DNA of 63,437 nt, the filler included, from Licmophora abbreviata (taxonomy: Eukaryota), in NCBI GenBank assembly GCA_900291995.1. It is 19 parts of 19 records of this genome, joined end to end, with 100 filler letters (N's around TTAATTAATTAA, not from the genome) between each part and the next. Parts side by side here need not be neighbours in the genome. Positions count along the whole stretch, not along the records: positions 58,739 to 60,086 come from OLMU01006241.1; positions 60,187 to 61,460 come from OLMU01006242.1; positions 61,561 to 63,437 come from OLMU01006247.1; 16 more parts are not named here. One strand, 5' to 3'. The translations under genes were made by a program, and so were the position numbers. Below, piece by piece: positions 59,180 to 63,437 of the stretch. Position 1 is the first letter of the stretch. Every line of letters begins with the position of its first letter. Under the pieces are notes generated by a model, which saw only the letters and a program-made list of their open reading frames with translations, did not search any database and was not told the origin of the DNA.

Positions 59180-59962
59180 CTAGGCCATCACGTCACTATC
59201 GTCTCCTTGGTTCATCACTGCAACATTCGCTAGATTCTCCTTGTCACCACTCTGCATATCCTGCGTCTTTCCAGTTGTCGTTGTCGTCGTACCGATAGTA
59301 CGAGTACCACTCGGATCCTTTTTCGGCGCAGCATTCTTGTCCACCAGGAACCCCACCAACAAGAATCGCAGTCCCTTTTTGATTTTGATTCCACAGTGCC
59401 GCAGCTTGCCAGGAAAGATCAACGCATGTCCTCTTTGAATATGAACCGCCGCATCCAGTGCCTCAAAGAAGGTTCCACCCTCCTCGTAATCGCAAAAGTC
59501 GCTCAAGGCAATCAGAAAGGTCCACTCGCTCTTGTCCGTATGCATGTCAAGCTTTTGGCGTTCCTTTTTGCTCAAATCGTACTTGACAATGTGAGGTTCG
59601 CGATCGTCCAATTGCAATTGTTTCGGTAGTTTGTGTTGTAGAGTAGTAGTAGTAGTAGTAATGTGAGGCTTGTCCGTCGCGAGCTTGTCTCCTTCCTCTT
59701 TCAAAACAGCAGCAGCAGCAGGTTCCTCCTCCTCCTCCACCTCTTTCTTCAATTGCAAATTTCTACTCACTTCCACCCTACTATCTTCCTCCGCCACCAA
59801 CAATCTCTCTTGAATGGCTCTCGTCACTCGTACTACTGGCGGAAAGCACGTTCGCGCCAGCACAGGATGGTCGCGACATCCCAGCGTCTGCTTGGCGTAG
59901 GTATAAGCGGCATACTGTCCACGACAGACATGTTCGGTACAGGCCACGAGTGCATTGCAATC
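59180..59962 (-). CDS. Fe(II)/2OG dioxygenase (prolyl/lysyl hydroxylase-like), last exon; 5' part lost in a gap
   Basis: 'HIVKY......LDMHTDKS.WTF.IAL....YE.GGT.F', 'GHALIFPG.LRH.G..I..G.RFLLVGF'. Acceptor CAG at 59963-59965. Confidence 0.85.
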   Translation of the reverse strand, partial: DCNALVACTEHVCRGQYAAYTYAKQTLGCRDHPVLARTCFPPVVRVTRAIQERLLVAEEDSRVEVSRNLQLKKEVEEEEEPAAAAVLKEEGDKLATDKPHITTTTTTLQHKLPKQLQLDDREPHIVKYDLSKKERQKLDMHTDKSEWTFLIALSDFCDYEEGGTFFEALDAAVHIQRGHALIFPGKLRHCGIKIKKGLRFLLVGFLVDKNAAPKKDPSGTRTIGTTTTTTGKTQDMQSGDKENLANVAVMNQGDDSDVMA

Positions 59963-60795
59963 CTGAAAGGACAGTCCCGTATCGCAAATGTATATATGGA
60001 GGTCGGGGGAGACGCAGACCCAGTCCGTGACTGCGAAACGAACGCTCGTATAGAGTGAGTGTGTTTGGTATCTATGCTACGATTGGNNNNNNNNNNNNNN
60101 NNNNNNNNNNNNNNNNNNNNNNNNNNNNNNTTAATTAATTAANNNNNNNNNNNNNNNNNNNNNNNNNNNNNNNNNNNNNNNNNNNNATTGAAGTAAGATT
60201 TGGAAGACGCGTACTCCAGAGAAGTTTTCGTTGGTTTTATGCTTTTCTTGTTTCGATCCAATTCAATTCAATTCAATTCAATTCAATTCCAACAATCCAG
60301 TAGTATATATACTATCCTACAGTTTCTTCAGCAGAGTCAAGTGGTGAAACTGGCCTCTTTACAACGAAACCATGCGCACGATCACAGAAGTTTCGTTCGC
60401 GTTTTGGCAAACGAAAGGAGTGAGTGCGTGAGACACCTCTTCTTCTATCCTACGCTGCGTCAATACTGAAATTAGTGCATGTACACATTCAGTACGAGTT
60501 GTACGATACATGTGACTGCATGTAAGTACTCACACCTCATCTTCGGACAGCGCCAAACGCGCGAGAACACACCGATGCCACACATTCGAAACAAATCCCA
60601 AACAGACACACATCCAAAAAAGTTCAAGGTACCAAACATTCCTTCCACACATACACAGTGTGGTTTGTTTTGGCATTGTGTTGCATGTCGTCAAGAATCA
60701 GAGAGGAACCTTGTAGTCGTTTTGGTAGTCGTCGATTACGAGCTGCTACTTCTACTACTACTACTACTTCTACTACTACTTTGGATGTGGAGTCG

Positions 60796-61460
60796 ATGCA
60801 GTGTTATTGCTATGAAACAAGGATGAATTGCTATTTTGAAAACAAACGAAGACGAACTCATCCTTATCCGTATTTGCAGGATTGGCGCTGGCTCTTCATT
60901 TTCATCATTCTTCTTTCCTACGTTCAGTCGGAAGCTCTACTAGACAAGACTGCTACTACTACTACTACTACTACTACTAGTAGACAGAGTCGGTTCTCTC
61001 CCAAACCATCTTTGAACAAGTGTACTCGCGGTGGAGCACTACTGAACCCACTCTTACTTTCCTCCTCCTCTGCCGTTACACAATCCGTCTCTCATTACAT
61101 TCGCGCCGGACTCGCCGGGGGCATCGCCGGAGCAGTTGGAACAGCAGTCCTCTATCCAGTCGACACCGCCAAGACACTCCGACAATCCAATCCCACTCGC
61201 TATGCGTCCGTCCGACATGCACTCATGGATCTCATCTTTAGCAATTCAGAAAGCAGTATATCATCCACAACGACACACTTGACATCTTCGCATTCCACTT
61301 TGCCACGTGCCATTCGCATTCAAAAGGCCTATCGTGGTGTGATTCCTGCAACACTCGGTGCCATTCCTTCCTCGGCCTTGTACTTTGGTGCCTATGAAAC
61401 CTGCAAGATGCTCATTACCAAACAAGTTCTCATGAAACAACAACAACAACAACAACACAC
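60796..61460 (+). CDS. Mitochondrial carrier family protein (SAM-carrier-like), 3'-truncated
   Basis: 'AGGIAGAVG..VLYPVDTAKT..Q' (PxDxxK signature) and 'YRGV...LGAIPSSALYFGAYE..K'. The N-terminal signal-like hydrophobic stretch suggests plastid targeting. Start uncertain. Confidence 0.82.
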
Positions 61461-61560
61461 NNNNNNNNNNNNNNNNNNNNNNNNNNNNNNNNNNNNNNNN
61501 NNNNTTAATTAATTAANNNNNNNNNNNNNNNNNNNNNNNNNNNNNNNNNNNNNNNNNNNN

Positions 61561-63437
61561 CGACGTTGCATGGCAGCCGACGAATCATCCAAATTGCCCC
61601 TGGCACCCAGGACCAGGCAGTTGCAGCAAACACGAGCAAGCTTTGCTGCAGTAAGATTATTGTGCTCTCGATAGACAAGTGTTTCCCGGAAGAAGGATAT
61701 TACATAGACGAACACATTGTAGTGAATCGGAGGCAGCTCTTCGATGAATCTCCGCGCAATCGACTGGATGTTCTGCGAGTCAATCTCAAGAGTCGGGAAG
61801 ACCGTCGGTGGTACTATAGGCGCCGCAAGATTGGCAAGGAAAGATATCAAGACTTCCGCCATGGAATAGACATGAAAGTCACCAAACGGTGCTCCAACGT
61901 CTAGGCATTCGCGAATCTGCGATACTTCATGTGCAATGCCTGCCGTCGTGAACATATCACGATGTTGTAGACCCTTCTCGTTGAGCGCGTCAATGATACG
62001 CCATAGCTCCTTGGGAACACACAAGACAGCTGTAGGGTTCTGCTCGTACTTTTCGGCGCGCTTGATCGGGTCGAGAGGTACAGAACGGATCGGCTCAGAA
62101 TACAGAACCAGCTCGTTCACCGACATGCCGAAGCATGAGCGCGCATAGGCACCCTTGGCTGTAATGTAATAGTCTCTCCCGTTTTCGAGTCTGACGATGA
62201 GAATGTCATCTAAAACTTCACGACCTGCGTTGAGCGCTTGAACAACGTCGTTGTCCATGGTAATGCTAAACTTGATCGTCGCCGGCTCTTCGCCAGGAAT
62301 CAACATGCCAAACGCAGGAGAAACCCTCATCCAAGACTTGCATACCCTTGTCTGCATTTTGTTTAAAAGATAGCGTATCGCGTGAGAAGTTGACTTGATT
62401 TATACAACAATGGCGGTCCAGGTTTTCTCGTCACTTACTTCATCAAGTTTCGGCACAAGCCGAAATTGCGCAAACACTTTTCCAGTATTAGTGACTTGAA
62501 TCGTCATCGTCTTGGTTTCTCCGTACCGAAGCTGACCAAAGTCCAGACTCGTGGTGTCAAATCCTACCATAGGAAGTGTCTGATTCTCGAACTTGTCCAA
62601 CAGCTTCATGACTTCATCGTACACGGCTTCGCGTCGCGCCGGAACGACATCTTTGATGATCAAACGTAACGTCGAATACACGGGCTTGTGATCGGAAATG
62701 TTGGGCCTCTCGCTGCGACCATACGTCACCTGTTGCACGTGATTGGGTTCTTGTGCCATCCATAGGATACGATCGCACCATGCTGGCGCACGCAGCTTCT
62801 TCTCGGGGCGCTTTTCGTAGACGTCCGTGCCAGGCTGATACTTGTACGTTGGTGCAAAGTTCAAGTGTCCCTCGTCGAACCCATGAAAGACTCGTCCCTC
62901 AGCACGTTCAATATTGAGCTGATCGAGATCCCGCATTTCGTCATACACACGTTTTTCAGACAATTCCAAGACCCGTTCTGTCGGCATGCTTTCGTCAATA
63001 CGATAGTTCAAATCACCCAACCAAAATACGACATCATGATCGGCCACCCCTACGGAAGACGACCCCGTGGCCCACTGCGACAAGGATCCTGATCGAATGA
63101 CTTCTCGAATTGCCTCTTCTCCAATATCAAAGGATGTTTTGGAATACACATTGGCAAAATCGGCATTCCGTCCCGAGATATTCTCTCGATGCGCGGCCAA
63201 GTGGGAACAGACAAAGCACAGCGTCGAATCATAAAATTGAAGTCGAATCGACACACCACCCTTGTTTCCCATCATCCCCATTACTCCGACGCCGACGGTT
63301 GCGGAGTGAACATAGCGCACACGGGGCTTGTGAGGATTGCGAACAAAGACGCAGACGAGCAAGCCGACCAAGTAGCGCTGCATCAATAGTGAGTAGCCTC
63401 GATTGGGATCGTTCTGCGTGAATTGCGGCGAGTTCAG
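61561..63437 (-). CDS. OCRL: OCRL/INPP5B inositol polyphosphate 5-phosphatase (5-phosphatase + ASH + RhoGAP-like), partial; intron 62438-62352
   Basis: 'GNKGGV', 'FVCSHLAAH', 'FWLGDLNYR', 'PTYKY', 'PAWCDRIL' and 'SDHKPV'. ASH domain 'DFG.....I.VTNTG.V.AQF', 'DDILIVRLENGRDYYI', and RhoGAP-like 'VPKELWRIID'. Confidence 0.93.

Noticed and set aside
6219..61560. Regularly recurring TTAATTAATTAA flanked by N, as a biological repeat or CRISPR-like array
   Set aside because: Fixed 100-nt artificial linker with stops in six frames; ORFs ending in X...LIN are artefacts.
1..63437. Prokaryotic operons, CRISPR arrays, defence systems, tRNA or rRNA genes
   Set aside because: None seen; the window is intron-containing eukaryotic DNA with no repeat-spacer arrays.

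Overview
Eukaryotic nuclear DNA, almost certainly from a diatom. The evidence is short GT-AG introns, bipartite 'ASAF'-type plastid presequences, a CoDi-type copia element and diatom-type protein families. It is a scaffold of 19 contigs separated by 18 artificial 100-nt linkers (44 N + TTAATTAATTAA + 44 N). Several genes continue across linkers, and two linkers have duplicated overlapping ends, so at least some joins are real adjacencies. The window holds about 30 protein-coding genes: GCP3, a DBP3-like helicase, a TL29-like protein, Psb27, a PsaR-like protein, PFK-2/FBPase-2, a GRIP golgin, F-box proteins, bL20, MET2, a TauD-like and a P4H-like 2OG oxygenase, myotubularin, ubiquilin, a sulfotransferase, an NFU-like protein, a mitochondrial-carrier protein, OCRL and others. 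It also contains a U6 snRNA gene with its TATA box and an apparently intact Ty1/copia gag-pol. The most interesting items are a PH-ankyrin-tomosyn-type R-SNARE protein, a Tudor-CXXC-MBD-like chromatin reader, a stand-alone lipoyl domain lacking the lipoyl lysine, a photosynthesis micro-cluster around a bidirectional promoter, a dispersed GACTC-rich intergenic element and a family II PPase-like gene. All family calls come from motif recognition by eye; no database searches were run.
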